A DNA stretch of 64,000 nucleotides from a virus (IMGVR_UViG_2974716960_000001:1-64000), one strand, 5' to 3'; shown: positions 46,123 through 55,651, counted from the first letter of the stretch. The notes: generated from the letters alone by a model not told the origin. Numbers and translations: made by a program.

Positions 46123-46478
46123 GTGAGTACAACCCGGTATCTGTAGAGCAGGAAATCTTAGCGACCGTTAACGATATCTCGTCTGGGATTATCACGGCGC
46201 GGGATGCTCACGAAAAAAAGCTGGAAACGGAGCGCGCGTATAAGCGTGCTTACGCTCGGGCGTTCATGGCGCATAAGGGTCCGCAGACGGAGAAAAAGGT
46301 CGCGGCGAACATCGTTGAGGATGTTATGAACGCCGAGGATGAGCGCGACGCCTGGGCAGTCGCGTACGAATACGCGAAAGACAACAACAGGGCGCTCAGC
46401 TCAAAGCTTGACGCTATTCGTTCGGTAGGCGCTTCTGTGCGCCAGGCATACGCAAACGCGGGGAGGGGCGAGTGGTGA
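46119..46478 (+). CDS. Hypothetical coiled-coil protein
   Basis: Coupled ORF. Confidence 0.6.
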   Translation: MSEYNPVSVEQEILATVNDISSGIITARDAHEKKLETERAYKRAYARAFMAHKGPQTEKKVAANIVEDVMNAEDERDAWAVAYEYAKDNNRALSSKLDAIRSVGASVRQAYANAGRGEW

Positions 46479-46524
46479 GGTTCATTCACTGGCTCTGGCT
46501 CCATGTGTGCCCACCCGCTCGGGT

Positions 46525-46911
46525 ATGAGCGAGAAGAAATGCCGTCAAATCCTCAAGGTCCGCTCTGAGGGCTTCTGTGAGCGATGTACGCGGTGGGGCA
46601 ACCTCACCCTTCACCATCGCTTGAAACGCTCTCAGGGCGGCTTGTGGACGGCTGAAAACTGCGTTCTGGTGTGCGGCCACGGTACGACCGGCTGCCACGG
46701 ATGGATTGAGCACCACCCAGACCAAGCGGAAACGCAGGGCTGGCATGTGCGCCCCTGGCAAAACCCGGCTGAGATTCCCCTGCTTTGGCGGGGGTCGACC
46801 TGGGTTCTCTTAACCAACGATGGAGGGATTCAGCATGTCGAGAAACCTCAAGGTGCTCCTGGCAGCATTCGGGACGGCTTTAGCTATGACCGCGTGCCAG
46901 CCGAGCGCTGA
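46525..46911 (+). CDS. HNH endonuclease
   Basis: CERC...HHRLKRSQGG...NCVLVC...CHGWIE. Confidence 0.85.
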   Translation: MSEKKCRQILKVRSEGFCERCTRWGNLTLHHRLKRSQGGLWTAENCVLVCGHGTTGCHGWIEHHPDQAETQGWHVRPWQNPAEIPLLWRGSTWVLLTNDGGIQHVEKPQGAPGSIRDGFSYDRVPAER

Positions 46912-47068
46912 GAACGGGGTCAGCACCGACTCTGGCACCAGCACCGGCGACTCCGGCTCAGGCTTCGTTATCAGCCCTAAGGGCGGTATCGGTATCGACC
47001 TGGGCGGCGGTATCCACCTTGACCCGTCGACCGGCGGCATCGGCTTCGGGGGCCTCCCGCTGGGATGA
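46835..47068 (+). CDS. Small Gly-rich lipoprotein
   Basis: GGAGGG RBS; MTAC lipobox-like motif. Confidence 0.55.
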   Translation: MSRNLKVLLAAFGTALAMTACQPSAENGVSTDSGTSTGDSGSGFVISPKGGIGIDLGGGIHLDPSTGGIGFGGLPLG

Positions 47069-47745
47069 GCGACTTCGGGAAAATCCACCGGAAGTTCTGG
47101 GACCACCCAAAGGCTAAGCAGGCCGGTAACGCTGCGCTTGGCCTCTGGGTCAAAGCCAACGCGTGGACTCGGGATAACCGATCCGGAGGGTTCGTCCCGC
47201 GCGATGTGGCGCTAGAGCTGGGAACACGCGACGAGGCTAATGCACTGGTGAAAGCCAGGCTTTGGCGCAGGGTCGATAAGGACGGCGAGTTCATCGGCAT
47301 TCAGTTCAACGACTACGAGCACTGGAACGATGACGTTGAGCCGAACACCGAGGCGGGCAAGCTGGTCCGGAAGGTAATTCCGGAGTCCCACCCGTTCGCT
47401 ATCCGGCAACAGCTCGTCAAAAAGACAGCTGAGCTGCTGCGCGAGGGTATCGACCTAGAAATCATGGAACGTGCGCTTAACCTCTGGCTCGCTAAGGACT
47501 TCGGGCCGGGCATTTTGCCTAGCCTGGTTAGCGAGGCGCAGAAAGAGGCGCAGCGCGCGGCCACACTAAGGAACACGATCACCGCGTGCCTTAAGTCGGG
47601 GCAGGTTTCACCGCTTAAGGCTTACGGATATATCTTCTCGCCTCCCGTTCCGCCGGATGGCCTAGACGTGAGTGAGCGTCGGGTTTGGATGGACCGCGCT
47701 AAACGGGATTGGCTGAATGAACTCCGTGGAAGGGTTGCAGCTTGA
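47065..47745 (+). CDS. Replication initiator / helicase-loader-like protein
   Basis: Directly upstream of dnaB; KFWDHPK...ALGLWV...GFVP N-terminus. Confidence 0.55.
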   Translation: MSDFGKIHRKFWDHPKAKQAGNAALGLWVKANAWTRDNRSGGFVPRDVALELGTRDEANALVKARLWRRVDKDGEFIGIQFNDYEHWNDDVEPNTEAGKLVRKVIPESHPFAIRQQLVKKTAELLREGIDLEIMERALNLWLAKDFGPGILPSLVSEAQKEAQRAATLRNTITACLKSGQVSPLKAYGYIFSPPVPPDGLDVSERRVWMDRAKRDWLNELRGRVAA

Positions 47746-49007
47746 CCGAGGCACAGCCACCTAATGATCAGACTGCCGAGCAGTGCGTTATTGGGTCGCT
47801 GCTCATGTCGTCTAAGGCGCTTAACACGCTTTCGACGTTAATTACAGGCGAGGACTTCTACCGGCCTGTTCACGCCGATATCTTCTCTGCGGCGATGGGT
47901 CTGCTGGCTGCCGGTGAGCCGGTCGACGCAATGACCGTCGCCAAGGAACTAGAGACGCGCGGCCAGCTCCGCAAGATCGGTGGGGCACCGTACCTGCTGA
48001 CCTGCATGGAGAACACGCCGACCGCCACGAACGCTGAGGCGTACGCGCGGATGGTCCTCGACAAGGCGAAGCTACGGCGCATGGCCGAGCTGGGTATCCG
48101 GCTTAAGGCACTGGCCTACGACGAGACCTCGACAAGCGATGACGTGGACCGGCTCATGGGCCAGGGTGAGAAGTTCTTCCGCCAGGAGCACGAGCCTGAC
48201 GACCGGGCGCTTGGGTTCGGTCAAATGATCGAGTCCTGGGAGCACTGGCAGACAACGGCAGAGGGCTATATCAAGACGCCGTGGGAAGCGCTCAATGCCC
48301 GGCTGAATGGCGGGCTACAGCGCGGCAGGCTCTACACCATTGCGGCTAGGCCGGGCGTTGGAAAAAGTGTCGCAGCGTTGCAGATAGCGAGCAATGCGGC
48401 CTTTTGGGGTTTCCCGTCCGCGTTTTTCACGCTGGAAATGTCGACCGACGAGGTTACGTCCCGGTTGATGGCTGCCGGGTCGAGCGTCGACTTCTCAAAG
48501 ATCATGCGTAAGGACTTGGACCTTACCGACCGCGAGAAGATCGACAATTTCATTAAGTTGAACGACACCATTCCGCTACAGGTTGTGGACCGGGCAACGA
48601 TCACCACGGAGCAGATCGTGGCTCACTGTCGTTCAATCGGAAACCTGGGCGTCGTAGTCGTGGACTACCTGCAATTGGTTAAGCCGTCCGATAGCAAGGT
48701 GTCGCGCGAGCAGCAGGTGTCGCATATGTCGCGGTCACTCAAGATCGCGGCGCGTGAGCTTAACGTGGCGATGGTCCAGTGTGCCCAGTTGAATCGCGGT
48801 CCCGTTAAGGACGGTAAGCCGCGCGCTCCGACTATTGCGGACCTCCGCGAGTCGGGAGCGATTGAGCAGGATAGCGACGTGGTTCTCCTATTGCACAACG
48901 ATGAGGACGACCCCGGCATTATCCAAATGATCATTGGTAAGAACCGGAATGGCCGAATGGGCGATCTGGCTCTGAATTTCGAGGGCCACTATCAGAGGAT
49001 CACGTGA
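47742..49007 (+). CDS. dnaB: DnaB-like replicative helicase
   Basis: AEQCVIGSLL N-terminus; Walker A ARPGVGKS; VDYLQL; DLRESGAIEQDSDVV. Confidence 0.96.
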   Translation: MTEAQPPNDQTAEQCVIGSLLMSSKALNTLSTLITGEDFYRPVHADIFSAAMGLLAAGEPVDAMTVAKELETRGQLRKIGGAPYLLTCMENTPTATNAEAYARMVLDKAKLRRMAELGIRLKALAYDETSTSDDVDRLMGQGEKFFRQEHEPDDRALGFGQMIESWEHWQTTAEGYIKTPWEALNARLNGGLQRGRLYTIAARPGVGKSVAALQIASNAAFWGFPSAFFTLEMSTDEVTSRLMAAGSSVDFSKIMRKDLDLTDREKIDNFIKLNDTIPLQVVDRATITTEQIVAHCRSIGNLGVVVVDYLQLVKPSDSKVSREQQVSHMSRSLKIAARELNVAMVQCAQLNRGPVKDGKPRAPTIADLRESGAIEQDSDVVLLLHNDEDDPGIIQMIIGKNRNGRMGDLALNFEGHYQRIT

Positions 49008-49243
49008 GCGTTGATATTAAGGCCCTAATGGAAGGTAAGCCGCTGCGTTGGCAAGACGAGGCGGTTTGCGATGGCGACGACCGTTTTACCGGTCGGGTCG
49101 AAACGCTTAGCTGGCGTGACCACGTTGAAATGCGGCTCTTGTGTGACAAGTGTCCGGTGTTCGGCGAGTGCGCTGAGTGGGCTGAGCGTGAACAGGTAAT
49201 CGAGGTATTCGCAGCGGGGCAATGGAGGTACCCGAATGGATGA
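49004..49243 (+). CDS. whiB: WhiB-like protein
   Basis: WQDEAVC...CDKCPVFGEC four-Cys pattern. Confidence 0.65.
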   Translation: MSVDIKALMEGKPLRWQDEAVCDGDDRFTGRVETLSWRDHVEMRLLCDKCPVFGECAEWAEREQVIEVFAAGQWRYPNG

Positions 49244-49409
49244 GTACGACGACGACTACAACGACGTAGACGAGGAATATCCACGTGACCAAGCCTGATG
49301 ACGATTACGAAAACCCGGTCGGCGAAGTCTTAGACGACGAGACGGTTGAGGAGCTTGCTAAGTCTCACCTGGTCTACAGCATTTCCAAGTTCCTGGGATT
49401 GGGGAATAA

Positions 49410-50267
49410 ATGGCCGTTCATCTGAAGGTCTATAACGAGAAGCTAGGCACCATTAACGGTGCTGCGGAGCCGTTCACCTTCCCCGGCGGGGAACTGCACC
49501 TTAGGAGCATTCTTCCGCCGCTGATTGATGGGACGTGGATTGCGGACGTGCGGGGCGCTGCCACCGACGACCTGGTGACAGCGCTGCTGCTGGCCGACCA
49601 CGCAGCGCAACAGGGCCAGCCGTTCGTGTTGTTCCTGCCGTACCTTCCGGCTGCTCGCGCGGACCGGGGGACGCCGTTCGGCCTGCGGGTGTACGCGGAC
49701 ATGATCAACAACTGCGCGTATGCGGAGCACGTCATTGTCATTGACCCGCATTCGCCGGTCGCTAAGCGGCTGGTTAGGAACATCTGCCCGCTTGACCCGC
49801 TGCCGCTGCTGGACAGGGCGCTAGAGAGCCAAGGGCATTGGCGGTACGACGCAATCATTGCGCCAGATAAGGGCGCAGTGGACCGGGCCGAGAAGGTCGC
49901 TAAGCATTATGGCCTAGACCTGGTTGTCTGCGACAAGGAACGCGACTTTGATACGGGCCGGATTACCAAGTACAAGGTTCCGGCTCTGTCCACTAAGGGC
50001 AAGTACCTGGTGATAGACGATATCTGCGACGGCGGCGGCACATTCGCACTGCTTGCTAGCGAGTCACTTATCGCTAAGACGAACTTGGACCTTTGGGTCA
50101 CGCACGGCATTTTCTCCGGAGCTGCTACCAACCTCCGGAATTACTACGGGCGCATTATGACGACCGACTCTCATCCTGGTCATAACCGGGTGGGTGTGGC
50201 TACGTCGATTGTGCCGACTTACACATACATGCACCAAGCGATGGTTGGCCTTAAGGGGATAGGGTGA
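49410..50267 (+). CDS. PRPP-synthetase-like enzyme (candidate ADPR-PP synthetase, Adps)
   Basis: FTFPGGE, PYLPAARADR, DPHS, PDKGA, DDICDGGGT motifs. Confidence 0.88.
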   Translation: MAVHLKVYNEKLGTINGAAEPFTFPGGELHLRSILPPLIDGTWIADVRGAATDDLVTALLLADHAAQQGQPFVLFLPYLPAARADRGTPFGLRVYADMINNCAYAEHVIVIDPHSPVAKRLVRNICPLDPLPLLDRALESQGHWRYDAIIAPDKGAVDRAEKVAKHYGLDLVVCDKERDFDTGRITKYKVPALSTKGKYLVIDDICDGGGTFALLASESLIAKTNLDLWVTHGIFSGAATNLRNYYGRIMTTDSHPGHNRVGVATSIVPTYTYMHQAMVGLKGIG

Positions 50268-51748
50268 GCACGAAATTTGCGCCGGTCGCGGCGCTATTCG
50301 AGACGGACGCATACAAGCTGGGTCACGTTGACCAGTACGCGCTTAGCGGCGACGTGACGCGGGTGTATTCCAACTACACCAACCGCAAGTCTCGGCTGCC
50401 GGGCGTCGATAAGGTCGTGCATTTCGGGTTGCAGGCTTACATTGCTAAGCACCTGATGGAGGCTTTTGAGCCGTTCTTCGCGGCGAAGGAGAATGAGGTT
50501 GCCGCGCTTTACGAGGAGCGGGTTGCTCAGATTCTCGGGCCGGATGCAGCGCACTCGATTGGCTCGGACCATATTCGCCAGTTGCATGGGCTTGGGTTCC
50601 TGCCGCTGCGGTTCAGCGCGGTGCCTGAGGGGACGCTAGTGCCTATCGGGGTGCCGTCGTTCACGGTGGAGAACACCCACGAGTCGTTCTACTGGCTGAC
50701 CAACTACATCGAGACCGGCCTTAGCGCCGGGGTGTGGCAGGCCAGCACGTCCGCGACCATCGCTAAGCAGTACCGGCGGGTGCTTGAGAGCGCAGCTCTG
50801 CGGACCGGTGCGGACCTGGCGGGCGTCGACTGGCAGTGCCATGACTTCTCATATCGGGGTATGTCGTCGCATGAGAGCGCGGCAGCGTCGGGCGCGGCTC
50901 ACCTGTTGAGCTTTACCGGTACGGACTCGCTGGTGTCGCTGGATTGGATCGACCGTTACTACGGCGGCGAGTACATCGCTGGGTCGGTGCCCGCTACCGA
51001 GCATTCGGTGATGTGTACCGGCATTGAGACGGTCGGGGAGCTTGAGACGTTTAAGCGCCTGCTGGACCTGTACCCGTCCGGCATCGTTAGCGTTGTCAGT
51101 GACACGTTCGATCTTTGGCGCGTGCTAACCACTTATTTGCCGACGCTGCATAAGCAGATCGTGGGCCGGGACGGGAAGCTGGTCATTCGGCCTGACTCCG
51201 GCGATCCAGAGAAGATCATTTGTGGCGATCCGGACGCGCCAGTTTCCTCTAACGAGTGGATGGGCGTGCTGGGGCTGCTCTACGAGCACTTCGGCGGCAA
51301 GAAAAACGCTGCCGGGTTCATTGAGCTTGATCCGCACGTCGGTGTGATTTACGGCGACTCAATCACGGTTGAACGCGCTACGAGCATCACCGCGCGTATG
51401 GAGAAGCTGGGCTACGCGTCGTCCAACGTGGTGTTTGGCGTGGGCAGCTTTACGTACCAGTACAACACCCGCGACACGTTCGGGTCCGCGATGAAGGCGA
51501 CGTGGGCTGAGGTCGACGGCAAGGGTTACAACCTGCTCAAGAATCCAGTGACCGACGACGGGACTAAGAAGTCTGCGACGGGTCGGCTGGCGGTGTTGGA
51601 GAACATCTGGGGCGATCTGGCGCTCAAGCAGAACGCCACGATTGAGGACGAGAAGGCGAGCTTGCTCCGTCCCGTTTGGGAGAACGGAAAGTTTCTAGGC
51701 CGGCAGTCGTTTGCGCAGGTCAGGGCGGTTCTGGCCGCTCAGCGGTAG
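50264..51748 (+). CDS. Nampt-like enzyme (candidate nicotinamide ADPR-transferase, Namat)
   Basis: TDAYK, HDFSYRG, PATEHSVM, VSDT, RPDSGDP, YGDSI, GVGS motifs. Confidence 0.92.
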   Translation: MSTKFAPVAALFETDAYKLGHVDQYALSGDVTRVYSNYTNRKSRLPGVDKVVHFGLQAYIAKHLMEAFEPFFAAKENEVAALYEERVAQILGPDAAHSIGSDHIRQLHGLGFLPLRFSAVPEGTLVPIGVPSFTVENTHESFYWLTNYIETGLSAGVWQASTSATIAKQYRRVLESAALRTGADLAGVDWQCHDFSYRGMSSHESAAASGAAHLLSFTGTDSLVSLDWIDRYYGGEYIAGSVPATEHSVMCTGIETVGELETFKRLLDLYPSGIVSVVSDTFDLWRVLTTYLPTLHKQIVGRDGKLVIRPDSGDPEKIICGDPDAPVSSNEWMGVLGLLYEHFGGKKNAAGFIELDPHVGVIYGDSITVERATSITARMEKLGYASSNVVFGVGSFTYQYNTRDTFGSAMKATWAEVDGKGYNLLKNPVTDDGTKKSATGRLAVLENIWGDLALKQNATIEDEKASLLRPVWENGKFLGRQSFAQVRAVLAAQR

Positions 51749-51755
51749 GTGAGGG

Positions 51756-51773
51756 TGTCCGACTTTTCGGACA
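51756..51773. promoter_or_regulatory. Operator-like palindrome 3
   Basis: TGTCCGA-CTTT-TCGGACA in the intergenic region before pnk; same consensus as the immunity-region sites. Confidence 0.7.
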
Positions 51774-51834
51774 CTTTCGCATGTTTCCGGAGTACACGTG
51801 TTGTACTTGAAAGCGAGCAAGAGAGGGGGTCGGA

Positions 51835-52761
51835 ATGACGACCTTATGGGCGATGCGGGGTTATCCCGGCTCTGGTAAATCCACCAGGGCGCGTGAAATC
51901 GCTGACCAGAACGGCGCGGTGGTTGTGTGCCGCGACGATCTGCGCAACATGCTTCATGGCACCTATTTCTCGGGCGTCAAAGAGCGTGAGGATGAGGTCA
52001 CGGTTGCGGAGCGGGCGCAGGTTAGCGCGTTCCTTAAGGCCGGTATCTCTGTGGTGGTAGACGCTACTCACTTGGAGCCGTCTTATCTGCGTAAGTGGGC
52101 GAAGATGGCGAGCATGTACGGCGCTGACTTTAAGCGCGTTGACGTTGACACTGCGGCCCACCTTTGCATCGTGCGTGACTTTAAGCGCGGCGAGGCCGGA
52201 GACCGGACTGTCGGCGCGGAAGTGATTAACCGGATGGCTAAGCGTCACCCGATTAAGAACTGGCCGAACATTCAGGCTCCCCCGACGTTCGACCCTAAGC
52301 CGGTCGAATGGATTGAGGGTCTGCCGGAAGCCATCATCGTTGATATCGACGGCACGGTGGCTCACATGACGGGCCGGTCACCGTACGACTACACGCAGGT
52401 TCACACCGACGTGGTTGACGAGCAGATTCGGTGGCTGGTCGGCCTGGTGGACTACTACGGCGGTCCGAACGGTGTCCACGTGCTGATCGTGTCGGGCCGG
52501 GACGACTCGTGCCGGGTGGCGACTCAGGAATGGTTGTGGAAGAACGCCATTCCTTACGACGAGCTGCACATGCGGCCTACTGGCGCTAAGGATGAGCACG
52601 GTAACAAGCTGCCGGATTACCTGGTCAAGTACGACCTGTTCGACCAGAACATTCGCGGCAAGTACAACGTGCGCTTTGTGTTGGACGACCGGGACCAGGT
52701 TGTGAATCTGTGGCGGTCGCTGGGCCTTAAGTGCCTGCAAGTGCAGCCGGGGGACTTCTAA
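51835..52761 (+). CDS. pnk: Polynucleotide kinase/3'-phosphatase
   Basis: Walker A GYPGSGKST; HAD DIDGT; FVLDDR (T4 PseT-like). Confidence 0.93.
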   Translation: MTTLWAMRGYPGSGKSTRAREIADQNGAVVVCRDDLRNMLHGTYFSGVKEREDEVTVAERAQVSAFLKAGISVVVDATHLEPSYLRKWAKMASMYGADFKRVDVDTAAHLCIVRDFKRGEAGDRTVGAEVINRMAKRHPIKNWPNIQAPPTFDPKPVEWIEGLPEAIIVDIDGTVAHMTGRSPYDYTQVHTDVVDEQIRWLVGLVDYYGGPNGVHVLIVSGRDDSCRVATQEWLWKNAIPYDELHMRPTGAKDEHGNKLPDYLVKYDLFDQNIRGKYNVRFVLDDRDQVVNLWRSLGLKCLQVQPGDF

Positions 52762-52875
52762 TGGAACCGTTTCTGTTCACCGTAGGGGTGCTGGCGTTGG
52801 CGGGCTTTGCCGCGTTCTTTGGCGTAATCGCGTACTTCATCTGGTCGGTCTACAAAGAGCTAAGGGGGCCGCGCA

Positions 52876-53124
52876 ATGGGAAGCGTCGTAATCACCGGTA
52901 ACGGCGGGGGTGCCATTACCCCTCAGGGTGTGCAGGTCAGCTTGCCTGATACCGACGTGGTGTTTAAGTACGACACCGCTACGCACACAATCACCATTGA
53001 GGGCGCAGAGTTCGCGCGGTTCTCGGATGACATTAAGTCAAACCACCTGTTTTTCAGGCAGGACCGAAATGCTGCGCAGGAGATAGTGCTACTTCATCCA
53101 GATTGGCCCGGCTTTAAGGGCTAA
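52876..53124 (+). CDS. Hypothetical protein
   Basis: GGGGG RBS. Confidence 0.5.
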   Translation: MGSVVITGNGGGAITPQGVQVSLPDTDVVFKYDTATHTITIEGAEFARFSDDIKSNHLFFRQDRNAAQEIVLLHPDWPGFKG

Positions 53125-53285
53125 CCCAAACTTGGATGGGTGCGTTAAAGGGCGGTTGACCCGATCCCAAGGCGGGATGGTTCCCATGACGCCCCAAGCC
53201 TGGCCCATGACCCGAATCGAAGCGGTGAGGTCTGTGCTGCGCACCCATCTAACTAACTTTCCCCCTCCCCTAACGGGGGACAGTT

Positions 53286-53699
53286 TTGGAGCACCTGCTA
53301 GTAGCGCCTTTCAAACGGCCACCAATGACCGCAAACGATCAGCGGCGCGCACATTGGGCGGTAGTCCGAAAGGCCAAGCAAGAGGTAGGGGACACGGTTT
53401 ATTGGCTGGCGCAGCGGGCGGGCATTAAGGACTTAGGTCCGTCCGTTGTGTCATTCCTCTGGTACACGCCGACGCGGCGCGCTACCGATTCCGATTCCCT
53501 CGGCCCTTTCGTTAAGGGGGCCTTAGACGGATTAGTGAGGGCTGGCGTTTGGCCCGACGATAACTCTAAGTACGTCAAACAAACGCGTATGGCAGTAACG
53601 GACTCGGATACGAAAAATCCACGGATTGAGATAAGGATTTGGGAAGTTGGCGAAACTGGAATCGAGTTGGCGGGAGCTGGCGGCGTGCCAGTTCATTGA
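53286..53699 (+). CDS. rusA: RusA-like Holliday junction resolvase
   Basis: PPMTAND...DSDS...KGALDGLVRAGVWPDDN motifs. Confidence 0.85.
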   Translation: MEHLLVAPFKRPPMTANDQRRAHWAVVRKAKQEVGDTVYWLAQRAGIKDLGPSVVSFLWYTPTRRATDSDSLGPFVKGALDGLVRAGVWPDDNSKYVKQTRMAVTDSDTKNPRIEIRIWEVGETGIELAGAGGVPVH

Positions 53700-53943
53700 C
53701 CCCGAACTGTTCTTCCCGACTAAGGGTGGATCGGCTGACGCGCCTAAGCGTGTCTGCAACACCATGTGTGAAGTGCGGGAGCAATGCCTAGAGGGCGCGA
53801 TGCGCGAGGAATACGGGCTTAACAAGAGTCACCGGTTTGGGGTTCGGGGCGGGCTGGTACCGAACGCCAGGTATGCGCTGGCTCTAGAGCGGGGCGAGTA
53901 CGTCGGCAAGAGCGAGTGGGAAATTCACGGAGAGGTTGCGTAA
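53647..53943 (+). CDS. whiB: WhiB family transcription factor
   Basis: WRELAAC...LFFP...C...CEVREQC...GVRGG. Confidence 0.9.
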   Translation: MAKLESSWRELAACQFIDPELFFPTKGGSADAPKRVCNTMCEVREQCLEGAMREEYGLNKSHRFGVRGGLVPNARYALALERGEYVGKSEWEIHGEVA

Positions 53944-54348
53944 GTGTATTCAGTCAACCAGCGAGTAGGCGTTGAAATGCGTTTCCACGCTAATGCGATC
54001 AATCGGGGAAGCGCGTTCAGCATTCCCGTCACGAACGTGAGCGGCGTGCGCAGCAAGCTTATCCCTGAGCTGGATATTCCCGATCTGCCGGGAGCGGCCT
54101 GCAAGGGGACTGTGACTGACGCTGACGACGACCCGTTCTTTCCTAAGGCTGGGGCTGGTGGGCGTAAGCAGGTCGCGGCGGCTCGCGTGATGTGCAATGG
54201 CTGCCCGGTAAAGCAGAAGTGCCGGGACGCGGCGCTCGATTGGGACCGCGCACACCCTGACTATTTCGACCGCACGCAAGGCGTTTGGGGTGGCACCACG
54301 GAAGCGGAGCGCCGGGAAATCCTTAAGGAGGAACAAAATGCTGCTTAG
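53944..54348 (+). CDS. whiB: WhiB family transcription factor
   Basis: AAC...FFP...CNGCPVKQKC...GVWGGTTEAERR; start uncertain. Confidence 0.9.
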   Translation: MYSVNQRVGVEMRFHANAINRGSAFSIPVTNVSGVRSKLIPELDIPDLPGAACKGTVTDADDDPFFPKAGAGGRKQVAAARVMCNGCPVKQKCRDAALDWDRAHPDYFDRTQGVWGGTTEAERREILKEEQNAA

Positions 54349-54568
54349 CGCAACGATAAAGCTCAACTGCGGGGTATTGGAGTATTCGTTTAACCCGGCG
54401 CATAACTACCACCTGGTGACCGTCTCGCAGGGCTGCACGAGGGCCTTCCGCCGGGAGCTGCACAAGTCGGCGGGTGAGGCGATCAACACGCTTGCTCCGT
54501 ACCGCGAGGAGAGCTACGAGGTAGCGACGTTGATTCGCTGGCTGTCCCGATTCCCACACGATGCGTAG
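54338..54568 (+). CDS. Hypothetical protein
   Basis: AGGAGG RBS before ATG 54338. Confidence 0.55.
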   Translation: MLLSATIKLNCGVLEYSFNPAHNYHLVTVSQGCTRAFRRELHKSAGEAINTLAPYREESYEVATLIRWLSRFPHDA

Positions 54569-54646
54569 GCGTCGTAAGCACCGCCGGAACTGGCGGCGGT
54601 TCCTGGCTGACCTATTCGATGGATTCCTAGAAGGGCTGATCGACGC

Positions 54647-55213
54647 ATGGGACTAGCGGAACGCTGCCGGGCGGGGCGCAGGTGTGTCAGTCGCACTCCG
54701 GACGGCCCGGCGCTGGTGTCGCTGCGTCCACTGTGCGACGGCTGCGTTAAGGACATTCAGAAGTGCCTAGATGAACTCCCGACCTATTCCGACTTGCTCG
54801 AAACATATAAGGGCTACGTGCCCGGTTCGGTGGGGCAGTCGAAAGTCAGTTCGTCGGCAGAACCTAAGGCTCCGTTAAACCTGACGGTCGTTGATCTGAT
54901 CGGCCAGATTCGCGCGGTGATGTACCGGGCGGATGGCTACCAGGTGCGCGACTTGATCACGCTTACCGGTGGCCTAGAGGTAGCGCTTGATATCCGTGAG
55001 GTCTATTCCAAGGCTGACGGGATTATCGGGCTGCAAAGGGTGTGGGAGCGGAGGCGCGTCCCATGTCCTGAGTGCGCTTTACCCACTCTCGGGGGATGGG
55101 TGGGCGAGGACCGCATCTACTGCACTAACGCAGATTGCGGGAACGTCTTAACGAAAGCGCAGTACGAAGATTATTGCGAAATGAAATCAAAGGAGAAACG
55201 TGCCAAACGCTGA
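54647..55213 (+). CDS. Hypothetical Zn-binding protein
   Basis: Several CxxC motifs. Confidence 0.6.
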   Translation: MGLAERCRAGRRCVSRTPDGPALVSLRPLCDGCVKDIQKCLDELPTYSDLLETYKGYVPGSVGQSKVSSSAEPKAPLNLTVVDLIGQIRAVMYRADGYQVRDLITLTGGLEVALDIREVYSKADGIIGLQRVWERRRVPCPECALPTLGGWVGEDRIYCTNADCGNVLTKAQYEDYCEMKSKEKRAKR

Positions 55214-55589
55214 AATTACGATTCAGGGCAACCTTACCGCTGATCCGGAATTGCGGTTCCTTGATTCGGGCGTGGCCGTCGCTCAGTTCTCGGTGGCTTC
55301 TACGCCTCGGGTTAAGAAGGGCGATGAGTGGGTGGACGGGGAGACGCTGTTCCTCCGTGCCACCGTGTGGCGCGAGCTGGCTGAGGGTGCGGCTGAGGCT
55401 CTGCGTAAGGGCGATTCGGTCGTGGTGATCGGCAAGCTCAAGCAGCGGTCGTTTGAGACCCGCGAGGGTGAGAAGCGGTCCGTGTTTGAAATCGACGGCG
55501 AGTTCGTCGGGAAGAACGTTCGTAAGCGTCGGGAGCAGGGCGGCGGCGGTTATCAGTCTGCCGCGAGTAACGACGCTCCGGCCTGGTAG
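55200..55589 (+). CDS. ssb: Single-stranded DNA-binding protein
   Basis: ITIQGNLTADPELRF, WRELAE, LRKGDSVVVIG, acidic PAW tail. Confidence 0.95.
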   Translation: MPNAEITIQGNLTADPELRFLDSGVAVAQFSVASTPRVKKGDEWVDGETLFLRATVWRELAEGAAEALRKGDSVVVIGKLKQRSFETREGEKRSVFEIDGEFVGKNVRKRREQGGGGYQSAASNDAPAW

Positions 55590-55651
55590 GCGAAATTCCG
55601 GAGGTAGGGCTAGCGACCCTGGCCCTACCTCCCGGCCCGTAAGGATACGAA

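Noticed and set aside
49410-51748. NARP2 or classical NAD salvage
   Set aside because: No NadM/NadR-type NMN adenylyltransferase is recognisable in the window, so the pair fits NARP1 better. The unseen remainder of the genome could change this.
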